In this document: positions 43,456-55,424 of the stretch, one piece after another
How positions within the stretch are numbered: the first letter of the stretch is position 1
How the letters are laid out: each line of letters starts with the position of its first letter
DNA from: an uncultured delta proteobacterium
GTDB taxonomy: Bacteria; Desulfobacterota; Binatia; Binatales; Binataceae
Assembly: GCA_963835905.1 (NCBI GenBank)
Contig: CAWIHG010000005.1
Location: forward strand, 891,629 to 955,628
Reading direction: 5' to 3'
Length of the DNA: 64,000 nt
Made by a program: the position numbers and the translations under genes
Notes under the pieces: model-generated
Seen by the model: only the letters and a program-made list of their open reading frames with translations
Database searches by the model: none
Told to the model about the DNA's origin: nothing

Positions 43456-45021
43456 CTAGCCCACCGCGCGCGACAACGCTTCCATCGCGGCGGGCAGCTC
43501 GTTGATAACGTCGCCGGCAAGATAGCCAACCGACCCCATCCGGCTCGCCACCCTGTCCGCCGCGTAGCCGTGCAGGAAAACACCGAGCACCAGCGCGTCG
43601 AGCGGCGCTCTTCGGCCGGCCATCAGTGCGCCGACCATTCCCGACAGAGCGTCGCCCATCCCGGGCGTCGCCATCCCGGCGTTACCGCTCGAGTTCACGC
43701 AAACCGCTCCGTTGGGACCCGCTATCACCGAGTGGGCGCCCTTGAGCAGCACGCTGGCGCCGGTCAGATCGGACAGGCGGCGCGCCGCGCTGACGCGATC
43801 CGCGTTCACCGCCGCCGTATCGATTCTGAGCAGCCGCGCCATCTCACCCGGATGCGGCGTCATCACCAGCGGCCCCTGCGATGTCGCCGCGCGCTCGCAT
43901 CCGAGCGCCGCCAGCGCATTGAGACCGTCGGCGTCGATCAGCATCGGGCGGCCGGGGGCCGCGCCCGAGCGCAGCAGCCATTCGAGCAGCTCGCGCGTGT
44001 CATCATTGAGGCCGATGCCGGGTCCGAACACGATTGCGTCCTTTCCCGCGAGCAGATGCGCAAGCACGCCCGCCGCCTCTTCGCCCGCGAAATGACCGTC
44101 GCGATCGGCGACTGGCTCGGTCATCAGCTCGGCCTGCCCCGCCGCGACGATCGGCTGGATCGATTCGGGGACCGCCGCCGTGACCAGTCCCGCGCCGGTG
44201 CGCAGCGCCGCGCGCGAGGCGAGCAGCGCGGCGCCGGATTTGCCGCGGCTCCCCGCGATAACGATCGGATGACCGAAATTGCCTTTGTGCGAATTTATCG
44301 CGCGCGGATGAAGCATCGTGCGCGCGTCTTGCGCCTCAACCAGGCGCCCGCGCGGTGCGACGTCGCGAGTCGCGCCGGGCGCAAACCCTATTTCGGCGAT
44401 CGTCAGCTCGCCGCATTTCTCCGCGCCCGGATAGGACACGTGTCCGAATTTCGCGTAACCGAACGTCACAGTATGCGAGGCGCGGACCGCCGCGCCCATC
44501 AAGGCCCCGGTATCAGAATTAACCCCGGAGGCGATATCGACCGCGACCACCGGCACGCCGAGCTGATTTATCATCTCGATCGCACGCCTGGCCGTCCCAC
44601 GCACTGGCGCGTTCAACCCGGTGCCGAAGATCGCATCGATCACCGCGCCCGGCCGCTCGCCAAACGCGGATTCAAGATCGGACTCCTCGGGAGCCTGAAC
44701 AATGGTGCCGCCTGCCGCAATGAATTCGTCATGCGCGCGCGCCGCGTCGCCCTTGAGATCGGAGCCCCACGCGAGCAGCGCGAGCCGAACCGGCACTCCG
44801 CCCTGATGCAGCCGGCGCGCGGCGACCAACCCGTCACCGCCGTTGTTGCCCTTGCCCGCCACGACCAGCACGCCGGCGCGCGCGGCTTCAGGCAGCTTTG
44901 CGACCAGCGTATCGGCGACCGCCTCGCCCGCCCGCGACATCAGCGCCCAGGAATCGACGCCGTATTTTTCCTGGCTCAGGCGATCGAGGTTGCGGCTCTC
45001 TTCGGCGGTGAGCAGTATCAT
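43456..45021 (-). CDS. nnr: Bifunctional NAD(P)H-hydrate epimerase/dehydratase
   Basis: GKGNNGGDG, DAIFGTG, DIASG, HKGNFG, GPGIG, DADGLN, TPHPGEM, GMGDAL; start at ATG 45021. Confidence 0.94.
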   Translation of the reverse strand: MILLTAEESRNLDRLSQEKYGVDSWALMSRAGEAVADTLVAKLPEAARAGVLVVAGKGNNGGDGLVAARRLHQGGVPVRLALLAWGSDLKGDAARAHDEFIAAGGTIVQAPEESDLESAFGERPGAVIDAIFGTGLNAPVRGTARRAIEMINQLGVPVVAVDIASGVNSDTGALMGAAVRASHTVTFGYAKFGHVSYPGAEKCGELTIAEIGFAPGATRDVAPRGRLVEAQDARTMLHPRAINSHKGNFGHPIVIAGSRGKSGAALLASRAALRTGAGLVTAAVPESIQPIVAAGQAELMTEPVADRDGHFAGEEAAGVLAHLLAGKDAIVFGPGIGLNDDTRELLEWLLRSGAAPGRPMLIDADGLNALAALGCERAATSQGPLVMTPHPGEMARLLRIDTAAVNADRVSAARRLSDLTGASVLLKGAHSVIAGPNGAVCVNSSGNAGMATPGMGDALSGMVGALMAGRRAPLDALVLGVFLHGYAADRVASRMGSVGYLAGDVINELPAAMEALSRAVG

Positions 45022-45162
45022 CGGGGTTCTCCGCGCGACGCCATCAAGCCTATCAGAGCGCTCGCGATGCTGCATCGCGGGTCCGGGCGAGCTAAATTGC
45101 TTCGGCGCATCGTGGTTGTTAGCCTCCCGAACTGGCGGCGCATGCGGCGCGGGAAATTCGCG

Positions 45163-45978
45163 ATGGTCAAGCTGAGCGTCAACGTAAACAAAGTTGCACT
45201 GGTGCGTAACTCGCGCGGCACAACCAGCCCGAGCGTGCTCGAGGCCGCGGGAATCGCGATCGGCGCCGGATGCCACGGGATTACGGTTCATCCCCGTCCC
45301 GATGCGCGCCACATCACCTACCAGGATGTGATCGAGCTTGCCGCGATGCTCGCGGAACTGCCGGTTATCGAATTCAACATCGAGGGATTCCCCGGCGCGG
45401 AATTCCTAGACCTGGTGTGCCGCGTGCGTCCCCATCAGTGCACACTGGTGCCCGATCCGCCCGGCGTGCTCACCTCGAACGCGGGATGGACGCTGGGAGC
45501 CTCCAACGGGTGGGTGCGCGGAGTACTGGCGCGCCTGCGCGACAACGGAATCCGCTCGAGCCTGTTCCTCGATCCGGACCCTGACGAGATTCGCCGCGCA
45601 CGCGCATTCGGCGCGGACCGGATTGAGCTTTATACAGGACCCTACGCGCACGCCTTCGGCACCGCGGAGGGCAAACGGGTCCTGGCCGCGCATCGCCGGG
45701 CCGCTGCGATCGCGCGTGCGGAGCACCTTGGCATCAACGCCGGCCACGACCTCAACCTCGACAATATTCCGGCCTACGTGAAAGCGGTTAAGGGACTGAT
45801 GGAAGTGTCGATCGGGCACGCGCTTATCAGCGACGCGATGCTGCACCTGGGGCTGGGCGCGGCGGTCAAGGCATATCTGAAAGCGCTCGGCTCGCGTCCG
45901 GCGCCGGCCAGAATTCGTCCGCCCGGGCGCCGGTCGAAAGACGCCTCCCGCGCACGCGCCGGGGCTCGAAGAAAATAG
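45163..45978 (+). CDS. pdxJ: Pyridoxine 5'-phosphate synthase
   Basis: LSVNVNKVALVRNSRG, GITVHPRPD.RHI, NIEG, IELYTGPY, NAGHDL, EVSIGHAL. Confidence 0.94.
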   Translation: MVKLSVNVNKVALVRNSRGTTSPSVLEAAGIAIGAGCHGITVHPRPDARHITYQDVIELAAMLAELPVIEFNIEGFPGAEFLDLVCRVRPHQCTLVPDPPGVLTSNAGWTLGASNGWVRGVLARLRDNGIRSSLFLDPDPDEIRRARAFGADRIELYTGPYAHAFGTAEGKRVLAAHRRAAAIARAEHLGINAGHDLNLDNIPAYVKAVKGLMEVSIGHALISDAMLHLGLGAAVKAYLKALGSRPAPARIRPPGRRSKDASRARAGARRK

Positions 45979-45990
45979 ATAAGTCTGAAT

Positions 45991-47361
45991 TCAGGACGGA
46001 GCGCCGACCTGCTTGCGGATCGCGGCGCCGATCTCCTGCGCGAGCGACTTGATCGCCGCGGCGTCCTCACCCTCGATCATCACGCGCGCCAGCATCTCGG
46101 TGCCCGAGTAGCGCACCAGCAGCCGTCCGCCTTCGCCCAGGCGCTCGCGCGCGGAGGCAATCGCGCGCTCGACCGCGGGCATCTCTGAAATAGGTTTGCG
46201 CGCGCGCACCCGCACGTTCTCCGATACCTGGGGGACTCGCCGCATCGCGCGCATCTCGCTCAGCGGCTTGCCATCCTCGGCCATCGCGACCATCACCATC
46301 AGCGCGGTAATCAGGCCGTCGCCGGTGGTCGAGGAGTCCATGAAGACGACGTGGCCGGATTGCTCGCCGCCGAGATTGTAGGAATTAAGCCGCATCTCGC
46401 GGACCACCGCGGGGTCGCCGACCTCGGTGCGAACCAGCTTGACCTCCGCCGACGCAAGCGCGCGCTCCAGGCCGAAGTTGCTGAGCACGGTGGCGACCAC
46501 GGTGTTCGCATTGAGCCGCCCCGCCGCGGCCATCCGTGTGCCCATCAGCGCCATCACGTCGTCGCCGTCGAAGATTGTCCCTTTTTCATCGACCAGCATC
46601 GCACGATCGCCGTCGCCATCGAGCGCGATTCCCACCTGCGCGCGCTCGCGGATCACGGCGGCGCGCAGATTGTCGATATGTACGGCGCCGCAATCGAGAT
46701 TGATATTCTTGCCGTCGGGATCGACCGCCAGCGCGACGACTTCCGCGCCCAGCTCCTCAAGCACATCAGGGCCGACCTTGTATCCCGCGCCGTTGGCGCA
46801 ATCGATCACCACCTTCATTCCATCCAGCGTCACCGCGCGCGGCACGCAGGTCTTGAGAAACACCAGGTAGCGGCCGAGCGCGTCGTCGATTCGCGCGGCC
46901 TTGCCGATATCGCCGGGCAGCGCGCGATGCTCGGCGAGACCGCCGTCGTGGAAGACCAGCTCCTCGATAGCGCGCTCGGTTTCGTCGTCGAGCTTGAAGC
47001 CCTCGCGCGAGAAAAACTTGATCCCGTTGTCCTGAAACGGGTTGTGCGACGCGCTGATCACGACCCCCGCGTCGGCCCGCATGCTGCGGGTCAGGAACGC
47101 GATTCCCGGCGTGGGCAGCGGCCCGACCAGCCACACGTCCACCCCCATCGAGCAGATTCCCGAGGCGAGCGCCGTCTCCAGCATGTAGCCCGACAGACGG
47201 GTGTCCTTGCCGATCAGGATTCGCCGATGGCGCCCGCTGGAGTGGCGGAAGGTGTAGGCCAGGGCACGGCCCAGCCTGAGCGCCGTCTCCGAGGTGATCG
47301 GCTCGACGTTGGCGACGCCACGCACGCCGTCGGTGCCAAAAAGCTTAGGAGGTTTTTCCAT
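45991..47361 (-). CDS. glmM: Phosphoglucosamine mutase
   Basis: FGTDGVRG, GKDTRLSGY, SASHNP, DGDGDR, GGEQSGH, RYSGTE. Confidence 0.96.
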   Translation of the reverse strand: MEKPPKLFGTDGVRGVANVEPITSETALRLGRALAYTFRHSSGRHRRILIGKDTRLSGYMLETALASGICSMGVDVWLVGPLPTPGIAFLTRSMRADAGVVISASHNPFQDNGIKFFSREGFKLDDETERAIEELVFHDGGLAEHRALPGDIGKAARIDDALGRYLVFLKTCVPRAVTLDGMKVVIDCANGAGYKVGPDVLEELGAEVVALAVDPDGKNINLDCGAVHIDNLRAAVIRERAQVGIALDGDGDRAMLVDEKGTIFDGDDVMALMGTRMAAAGRLNANTVVATVLSNFGLERALASAEVKLVRTEVGDPAVVREMRLNSYNLGGEQSGHVVFMDSSTTGDGLITALMVMVAMAEDGKPLSEMRAMRRVPQVSENVRVRARKPISEMPAVERAIASARERLGEGGRLLVRYSGTEMLARVMIEGEDAAAIKSLAQEIGAAIRKQVGAPS

Positions 47362-48322
47362 CCGCGGTGGCGGGACGCCTCTCCCGATAGATGCGAATTC
47401 TAACCTTCTCCGGCTCCTGTTTCACGAGCTGCATGCCGTCGGGCAGTTCGACCTGAACCGCCATATCGTGGGATCCGGGAGTTCCGCCCTTGGCGTCAAC
47501 GTACACGATCCCGGTCGGATCCAGGCTCGTCAGCTTAAGCACGGGACCACGCAGCGTAATCGTGGCTTTGGAGGGATCGATGCGATACTTGTGGTCGGTA
47601 TCGCGCACCTGCACGGCGACCCCCTTGAACTCCCGATTCGCGATAATCTGCGAGACATCCACCTTCGCCACGACCTTTTCGACCGAGAGATGAACGTCGC
47701 GGTTCGGTCTGGCCAGGTCGACGACGCCCTGGAGGTTCGCGCTGGCGCCCTTGATATCGAACGGGTCGGTATCCGCTTCGGCCAGCGGCATCACGTAGCG
47801 GCTGGGGCCGCTGACGGAAATAGTTGCGGGAGCGACCTGGACCCCGTTGACCTGGTAGCCGTCGGCGACTTTGCCGGCGAAGACCAGATGGACCGGAATC
47901 TGGCGGCTGACAACGCGGTCAATATCGAGCTGCACTTCGTCGGGCGTGATCCGGGTAACTGAAGTCTGGCGCGGCACATTGAACATCGCGGAATTAATCT
48001 TGAAATCCGACCGCCCGGTGGGAACCCCGGTCAAATCGAGCTTCAAGGTCAGGCGTTCGGGATCGAGCAGCGAGAGCAGCGTGCGCGGACCGGAGACCTC
48101 GATCTTCACGAAATCGCTGGGGTGGTTGATTATGACCAGCCCGGTCGGCAGCGAGCGATAGCTGATCGGCACCTGCAGCGCCTCGACCGCGCCGCGCTGG
48201 CCCGCGTTCACGAACATCCACAGCCCCAGCGCGATCAGCACCGAGATAGCCTTGAGCCCCGGGTTGCGGCGGGCGCGCCGCCACAATTCCGCCGCTCTCA
48301 GTCGCTGTCTCAGGTACGCCAT
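47345..48322 (-). CDS. cdaR: YbbR-domain protein (CdaR)
   Basis: N-terminal TM, repeated V.VSGP beta-rich YbbR-like units; lies between cdaA and glmM. Confidence 0.8.
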   Translation of the reverse strand: MAYLRQRLRAAELWRRARRNPGLKAISVLIALGLWMFVNAGQRGAVEALQVPISYRSLPTGLVIINHPSDFVKIEVSGPRTLLSLLDPERLTLKLDLTGVPTGRSDFKINSAMFNVPRQTSVTRITPDEVQLDIDRVVSRQIPVHLVFAGKVADGYQVNGVQVAPATISVSGPSRYVMPLAEADTDPFDIKGASANLQGVVDLARPNRDVHLSVEKVVAKVDVSQIIANREFKGVAVQVRDTDHKYRIDPSKATITLRGPVLKLTSLDPTGIVYVDAKGGTPGSHDMAVQVELPDGMQLVKQEPEKVRIRIYRERRPATADGKTS

Positions 48323-48357
48323 ATCACTATCGCCGCCTGGTCCTCTTCCCTGCGCGC

Positions 48358-49110
48358 TCAGACCGGCAAGGCCCGCAGCTGCGCCAGCACCTGCTCGGGA
48401 TCGAGTGCGCGCTCGAGCGTGCCGTTGCGCGCGATCGAGATGGTGCCGTCCTCCTCGGACACGACCAGCACAACCGCGTCGCTGTCCTCGGTCATCCCGA
48501 TCGCCGCGCGATGGCGCGTGCCGAGGGCCAGGCTGACATTGGGATTCGACGACAGCGGCAGCAGGCAGGCCGCGGCCAGCACCTGGTCGCCCTTGATTAT
48601 CGCCGCGCCGTCATGCAGTGGCGACCCGCGCATGAATATGGTCTCGATCAGCTCGGGTGAGACTTTGCTGAACAGCAGGCGGCCGCTTTCGACGAATTCG
48701 TTGAGCCCGTCTTCCTGCTCGATCACGATCAGCGCACCGATCCGGCGCGCGGCCAGCCATGCGGCCGCGGTCGCCAGCTCTTCAGCGGCGCTGGCCGCCT
48801 CGGAGCGCGGCCCGAAGAACGATTGCGCACCGACGCGCGTAAGCGCGCGGCGGATATCGGCCTGGAAGATCACGACCAGGATCACGAACAGCGAGCCGAG
48901 GAAGTTGTTGAGCAGCCAATTGAGGGTGAACAATCCAAAAATCTGCGACGCCACGAACGCCACGCCCACGATCACCAGCCCCACCACCATCTGCATGGTG
49001 CGCGTGCCGCGAATCAGAAGCGCGATTCGATAGATCACGTACGCGACGATCAGGACGTCCACCACGTCCTGCCATCGCGGCGGGGGAATCATTGGAACGT
49101 AATTAGGCAT
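48358..49110 (-). CDS. cdaA: Diadenylate cyclase CdaA
   Basis: Three N-terminal TMs, FQ.DIRRAL, LHDGA, GTRHRAA, VSEE.G. Confidence 0.93.
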   Translation of the reverse strand: MPNYVPMIPPPRWQDVVDVLIVAYVIYRIALLIRGTRTMQMVVGLVIVGVAFVASQIFGLFTLNWLLNNFLGSLFVILVVIFQADIRRALTRVGAQSFFGPRSEAASAAEELATAAAWLAARRIGALIVIEQEDGLNEFVESGRLLFSKVSPELIETIFMRGSPLHDGAAIIKGDQVLAAACLLPLSSNPNVSLALGTRHRAAIGMTEDSDAVVLVVSEEDGTISIARNGTLERALDPEQVLAQLRALPV

Positions 49111-49113
49111 CGT

Positions 49114-50034
49114 CTATTCCGGACGGCCGCCGGCAACCGCCGCCGCCATCCGCACCACCGCCCGCGCCGCCGCCGGATCGTGCACGCGCACGATCGCGGC
49201 GCCCGCCGCCACCGCTAGCGCGTCGACCGCCGCGGTGCCAAATTCGATCTCGCGCGCCGACCCGCCCGCAATCTTCCCGATGAAGCCCTTGCGCGAGCTG
49301 CCCACCAATACCGGATACCCGAGAGCGCAGATGGTCGGCAAGCCGTTAAGCAGCGCAAGATTGTGTCGCGCGAGCTTGGAGAACCCGATCCCCGGATCCA
49401 GGACTATCAGCGCGCGCGCAATACCGGCGCGCAGGGCGAACCGCGCGCGCGCGGCCAGGTAGTCTCTCACCTCGCCCACCACGTCGCGATAGCGGGCAAA
49501 TCTGATGTGATCCGCGGGGCCACCCCGCATATGCATCAGGACCACCGCGGCGCCGGTGCGAGCCGCAAGCGCAGCCATCTCCGAATCCGATTCCATCGCG
49601 CTCACGTCGTTGATTATAGCGGCGCCAAGGTCGATCGCGGCGCGCGCGACGACCGCCTTGCGGGTGTCGATCGAGATGGGCACCGTGAGCTTTCCGCGCA
49701 GGCGCTCGAGCACCGGCACGACGCGGCGCAGCTCCTCCTCCGCGGCGACCTCGCGCGCGCCGGCCGGGCGCGTCGATTCGCCGCCGATATCAACCAGGTC
49801 GGCGCCCGCCGCGGCCATCGCAAGGGCGTGCTGCGCCGCGCGGTCGGGGTCAAGATATTGTCCGCCGTCGGAGAATGAATCGGGAGTGACGTTCAGCACT
49901 CCCATCACGGCCGGAAACCTGACGATCGCGCCGTCGCGCAGCCGGATGCGGCGCGGCACGGGGCGTTCTTTGAGGGTCAGCGGCGTGCGGAGCGTTGGGG
50001 CGGCGCGCCACGGATTTTCCGATGCGGTACGCAT
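49114..50034 (-). CDS. folP: Dihydropteroate synthase
   Basis: MGVLNVTPDSFSDGG, GGESTRP, SIDT, NDVS, DPGIGF, SRK, RVHD; start uncertain. Confidence 0.95.
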   Translation of the reverse strand: MRTASENPWRAAPTLRTPLTLKERPVPRRIRLRDGAIVRFPAVMGVLNVTPDSFSDGGQYLDPDRAAQHALAMAAAGADLVDIGGESTRPAGAREVAAEEELRRVVPVLERLRGKLTVPISIDTRKAVVARAAIDLGAAIINDVSAMESDSEMAALAARTGAAVVLMHMRGGPADHIRFARYRDVVGEVRDYLAARARFALRAGIARALIVLDPGIGFSKLARHNLALLNGLPTICALGYPVLVGSSRKGFIGKIAGGSAREIEFGTAAVDALAVAAGAAIVRVHDPAAARAVVRMAAAVAGGRPE

Positions 50035-50096
50035 TCGTCGCGAGCACTCATCGGGACGGCAGCGCGCGAAGAACGCGGCAGCAAGCCGCGCCGGGA

Positions 50097-52028
<1,932 letters not shown>

Positions 52029-52086
52029 CCCCGCTCAAAGGGTACCACGTGCGTTAATTCCCACGCAATCATAGGCGTTTGCGGGA

Positions 52087-53484
52087 TCATAACCGGCGCG
52101 CTTGGAGGCGGAGCACCGCCTCCGTCCAATCCGTAACCAGCGCCGAGCCCGAGCGCACGAGCCCCGGCAGCCACAGGATTGCGCCGTCCGCCGCGACAAT
52201 TGGAAATTTCGCTCGCTCCGAACGCGCCAGCTTGCGCTCGATAAAGACGTCCTTGACCTTTCGCGTTCCGCGCATACCCAGCGGAGCAATCCGGTCGCCG
52301 GGTGAAAAATTCCTTGCGACCAGCGTCCGCCCCGTCACTTCCCGCACGTCGAACAGCGCGGTCATAGGGTCCGCCGGCATCGCGGCCTCATCCCGGGCCA
52401 TCACGGAGGCGACGAACCGGTAGCCCGCCGCATCCACAACGGTGTCGCCATCGAGCGCGATCGGAACCGAAAACGGCGCCGCAATGGCGCACGCCCCCTG
52501 CACGATCGACAGCCTCGAGTAATCGCGCAGCGCCCGCCATCCCCCGGGCAGCGCCAGTGCGCCGTTGGGAGGACCCGCGGCGACCATCTGGAGCAACGCG
52601 TCGATATGAGTGCGGCTTACGCGGCGCAACCCGCCCAGGGCCTGTGCCACATACCGGCGCATCAGGACCGGTTTGAGCGCGGGATCGATAGAGGCAAATC
52701 CGGCGAGGTCGAGCGCGCCATCGGCGCGGCGGATTCCAAGGAGCTCGACCTCCGCGGCGCGCGACAGGTACGCATCGACGGCGCGCATCTCGGCGCCAAG
52801 CTCGACCAGGCGTCCGGAAAGCCCCGGCGCGTACTCGCGCTCGAGATACGGCAACAACTGGCCCCGGATGCGATTTCGCAGCATCGCCGGCGACGCGTTG
52901 GTGCTGTCTTCAATCCACGGCTGGCCGATCGCGCGCAGGTAGCTCTCGATCGTGGCGCGCTCCAGCGTCAGCATCGGGCGCACGATCAAGCCTGCCCCGC
53001 TCTCACCCATCGCGCCCAGCCCGGCCACGCCGGCGCCCCTGAGCAGGCGCATCAGGACTGTCTCGGCCTGATCGCCGGTATTATGAGCGAGCGCGATATG
53101 CGAGGCTCCCACGCGGCCGGCCGCACGGCGCAGAAAATCGTGGCGCGCATCGCGTGCGGCTTCCTCGAGATTCGGCATCCCCGTCGCCAGTGTATCGGCA
53201 TGTCCCACTTCGAGCGCGACACCCAGGCGCCGGCACAGATCGCGTACGAAGGCCTCGTCGCGATCGCTCTCGGAGCCGCGCAGACGATGGTTCAGATGGG
53301 CGGCGGCAAGACGAAGCCCGGCCCGCGGCGCGAGTTCATGCAACGCGCGCAGCATCGCGACCGAATCCGCACCGCCTGACACAGCGGCGAGAATCAGCGA
53401 ATCGCGCTCCACTGCCGAGCGCTCGAGCGCCGCGGTCACTGCACGAGTGACCGCCCGATGCGCCGCATGTTCGTCGCGAGCCAT
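52087..53484 (-). CDS. tilS: tRNA(Ile)-lysidine synthetase
   Basis: AVSGGADS, HLNHRLRG, EEAAR..R, AH...DQAET, DSTN, RNRIR; start inferred. Confidence 0.93.
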   Translation of the reverse strand: MARDEHAAHRAVTRAVTAALERSAVERDSLILAAVSGGADSVAMLRALHELAPRAGLRLAAAHLNHRLRGSESDRDEAFVRDLCRRLGVALEVGHADTLATGMPNLEEAARDARHDFLRRAAGRVGASHIALAHNTGDQAETVLMRLLRGAGVAGLGAMGESGAGLIVRPMLTLERATIESYLRAIGQPWIEDSTNASPAMLRNRIRGQLLPYLEREYAPGLSGRLVELGAEMRAVDAYLSRAAEVELLGIRRADGALDLAGFASIDPALKPVLMRRYVAQALGGLRRVSRTHIDALLQMVAAGPPNGALALPGGWRALRDYSRLSIVQGACAIAAPFSVPIALDGDTVVDAAGYRFVASVMARDEAAMPADPMTALFDVREVTGRTLVARNFSPGDRIAPLGMRGTRKVKDVFIERKLARSERAKFPIVAADGAILWLPGLVRSGSALVTDWTEAVLRLQARRL

Positions 53485-53578
53485 CGCAGAGACGAGGCTA
53501 TTCTCCCGCCGCCAGCGCGGCAACGCGCCGCGCGACGGCGTCGCTCACGTCATTGCGAGAGTGTGGGTGCCTTTGGCC

Positions 53579-53659
53579 ATGGACCACCGGGTCAAGCCCG
53601 GTGGCGACGAACAAAAACAGCAGCCGTCATGGCCGGGTCAGGACCCGGCCATCCACGTC
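53579..53659. repeat. Pair of REP-like palindromic units
   Basis: ATGGACCACCGGGTCAAGCCCGGTGGCGACG and CGTCATGGCCGGGTCAGGACCCGGCCATCCACGTC hairpins in the tilS-cbpM intergenic region. Confidence 0.7.
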
Positions 53660-53761
53660 CTGAACTATTCATATTCCCTGCACGGAGTCCGCGCAGCGAG
53701 GCATCTCTTGAGCGAAAGCGAAGCAATACTCCGCGAAGCTATTTGTGCGGGCGAGGTGCTA

Positions 53762-54064
53762 TCAGCGGTCGAGCTGGTCGAGCAGATGGAGAATCACGCC
53801 GATTCCGGGGAGATTGACCTCCAGGTCTTCGGCGAGCGCGCGAATCACCCGCGCCCGCTCCAGCGCGTCGCTCGCATAAAGCGGCTGGGAGCGTCCGCCG
53901 ACTTCGCCGATCCGCGCGGGCGAGATCAACTCTTCATGCTCCCACAGGGTAAGTTCGCTCTCGCTGACTCCCGCGACGTGGCACAACACGGTGCGCGTGA
54001 GCAGCACCGCGTGCGAGCGTGCGGGGCGCCGATGCTTTCGCGTTCGTGCGGTTCGCGGCGCCAT
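53762..54064 (-). CDS. cbpM: Chaperone modulator CbpM-like (MerR-type HTH)
   Basis: L..W...ELISP, RARVIRAL.EDLEVNLPGIGVILHLLD; downstream of the CbpA-like gene. Confidence 0.8.
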   Translation of the reverse strand: MAPRTARTRKHRRPARSHAVLLTRTVLCHVAGVSESELTLWEHEELISPARIGEVGGRSQPLYASDALERARVIRALAEDLEVNLPGIGVILHLLDQLDR

Positions 54065-54068
54065 CGGC

Positions 54069-55163
54069 TCAACTCCTCGGCAATATCTCGATGCGCGGGT
54101 CGGCGACGCCGCGCGAGCGGCGGCTATCGGCAAGCTGCTGCATCAGCGAGCGTTCCTCGGCGGTAAGATCGGTGGGCGCCAGGACCTTGAGTTCGTAGAG
54201 CAGGTCACCCGCACTTTCCTTACCGCGGCCGGGGATTCCGCGGCCCTTGAGCCGCATCACGCGTCCGCTCTGAGAGCCGGCTGGAATTTTGAGCGCGATC
54301 TTCCCGCCCGACGCAGTAGGCGCGGTGACCTCCGCGCCCAGCGCCGCTTCGTAATCCCAGACCGGAAGCTGGCAGCGCACATCGCGGCCGCTGACGGTGA
54401 ACACCGGATTCGGCGCGATCCGGACAGTGAGGAACAGGTCGCCGTTAAGCTCGGGGCGCGGCCCGCGGCCGCCCTGCCCCTTAAGGCGCAGCACGGCGCC
54501 GTCGGTGACACCGGCGGGAATCGTCACTTCCAGGGTGCGCGGCTGCGCGATCGCGCCGGTCCCACCGCATACCGGGCACGCCTGCGCGGAGCGGATCACA
54601 CGGGTCTTGCCCTGCTGCTCCTCGCTCGCGACCATTCCCGAGCCGCCGCATCGCAGGCACTCGTCCTGGGCCATCAGCTCCAGCCGATGGCGTCCGCTGA
54701 CGACGGCGTCGTCGAGCGAGACGTGAACTTCCGCGCGCAGGTCTGCGGCGCGCTGCGGCGCCTGCTCGAATCCCGAAAACCCGCGCGCGGTGCCGGTGCG
54801 GAAGCCGCCCAGCCCACCGAAGAACTGCTCGAAGAAGTCGCTGAACCCTCCGGCGCCGGACGGCGGCTCCTGCGCGCGGCGCCCGCGGGCGGCGGCCTCG
54901 CGCGCGTAGCGGCGCATCATCTCTTCCTGGGAGATTCCGCGCTCCCAGTCGGCGCCCAACTCGTCGTATTTCTTGCGCTTGTCGGCATCGCTCAAGACCT
55001 GGTAGGCCTCGTTGATTTCCTTGAAGCGATCGGGGGCGTCCTTGTTGTTGGGATTGACGTCGGGATGATGCTTGCGGGCGAGCTTGCGGTAGGCGCTCTT
55101 GATCTCGGCCGGGGTGGCTTTGCGCTCGACGCCGAGAGTTTTGTAGTAATCGCGGAATTCCAT
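54069..55163 (-). CDS. DnaJ-class chaperone (CbpA-like)
   Basis: J domain DYY..LG...HPD, G/F region FSDFF, two CxxCxGxG repeats, C-terminal DnaJ_C GDL. Confidence 0.9.
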   Translation of the reverse strand: MEFRDYYKTLGVERKATPAEIKSAYRKLARKHHPDVNPNNKDAPDRFKEINEAYQVLSDADKRKKYDELGADWERGISQEEMMRRYAREAAARGRRAQEPPSGAGGFSDFFEQFFGGLGGFRTGTARGFSGFEQAPQRAADLRAEVHVSLDDAVVSGRHRLELMAQDECLRCGGSGMVASEEQQGKTRVIRSAQACPVCGGTGAIAQPRTLEVTIPAGVTDGAVLRLKGQGGRGPRPELNGDLFLTVRIAPNPVFTVSGRDVRCQLPVWDYEAALGAEVTAPTASGGKIALKIPAGSQSGRVMRLKGRGIPGRGKESAGDLLYELKVLAPTDLTAEERSLMQQLADSRRSRGVADPRIEILPRS

Positions 55164-55232
55164 TCAGATGGTCCAGCTATTCAAGATGCGCACGAATCGG
55201 GCCGGTGCAAGTGCCGCGCGGCGCCCTTTCGA

Positions 55233-55424
55233 TCAGGTCGAAGAATGCTCACCGGGGGGCGCCGGATGGTTCTGCTCGTGCGAGAGCAACTCGCCCAGCC
55301 GCGACTCCATCGCGCGCAGCTCACTTTCGAGACTCGCCTGGCGCCTCTGGATAAATACCACGTACAGGAAAATCGCCGCGAAAATAATACTGTAAGCGGC
55401 AAACAGATATCCGAAATTCTCCAT
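55233..55424 (-). CDS. ccmD: Heme exporter protein CcmD
   Basis: Small protein with YLFAAY single TM and basic tail, after ccmC. Confidence 0.75.
   Translation of the reverse strand: MENFGYLFAAYSIIFAAIFLYVVFIQRRQASLESELRAMESRLGELLSHEQNHPAPPGEHSST

Noticed and set aside
43390..45162. 862-aa ORF suggesting a long PdxJ fusion
   Set aside because: The N-terminal part is the antisense shadow of nnr; PdxJ begins at 45163.
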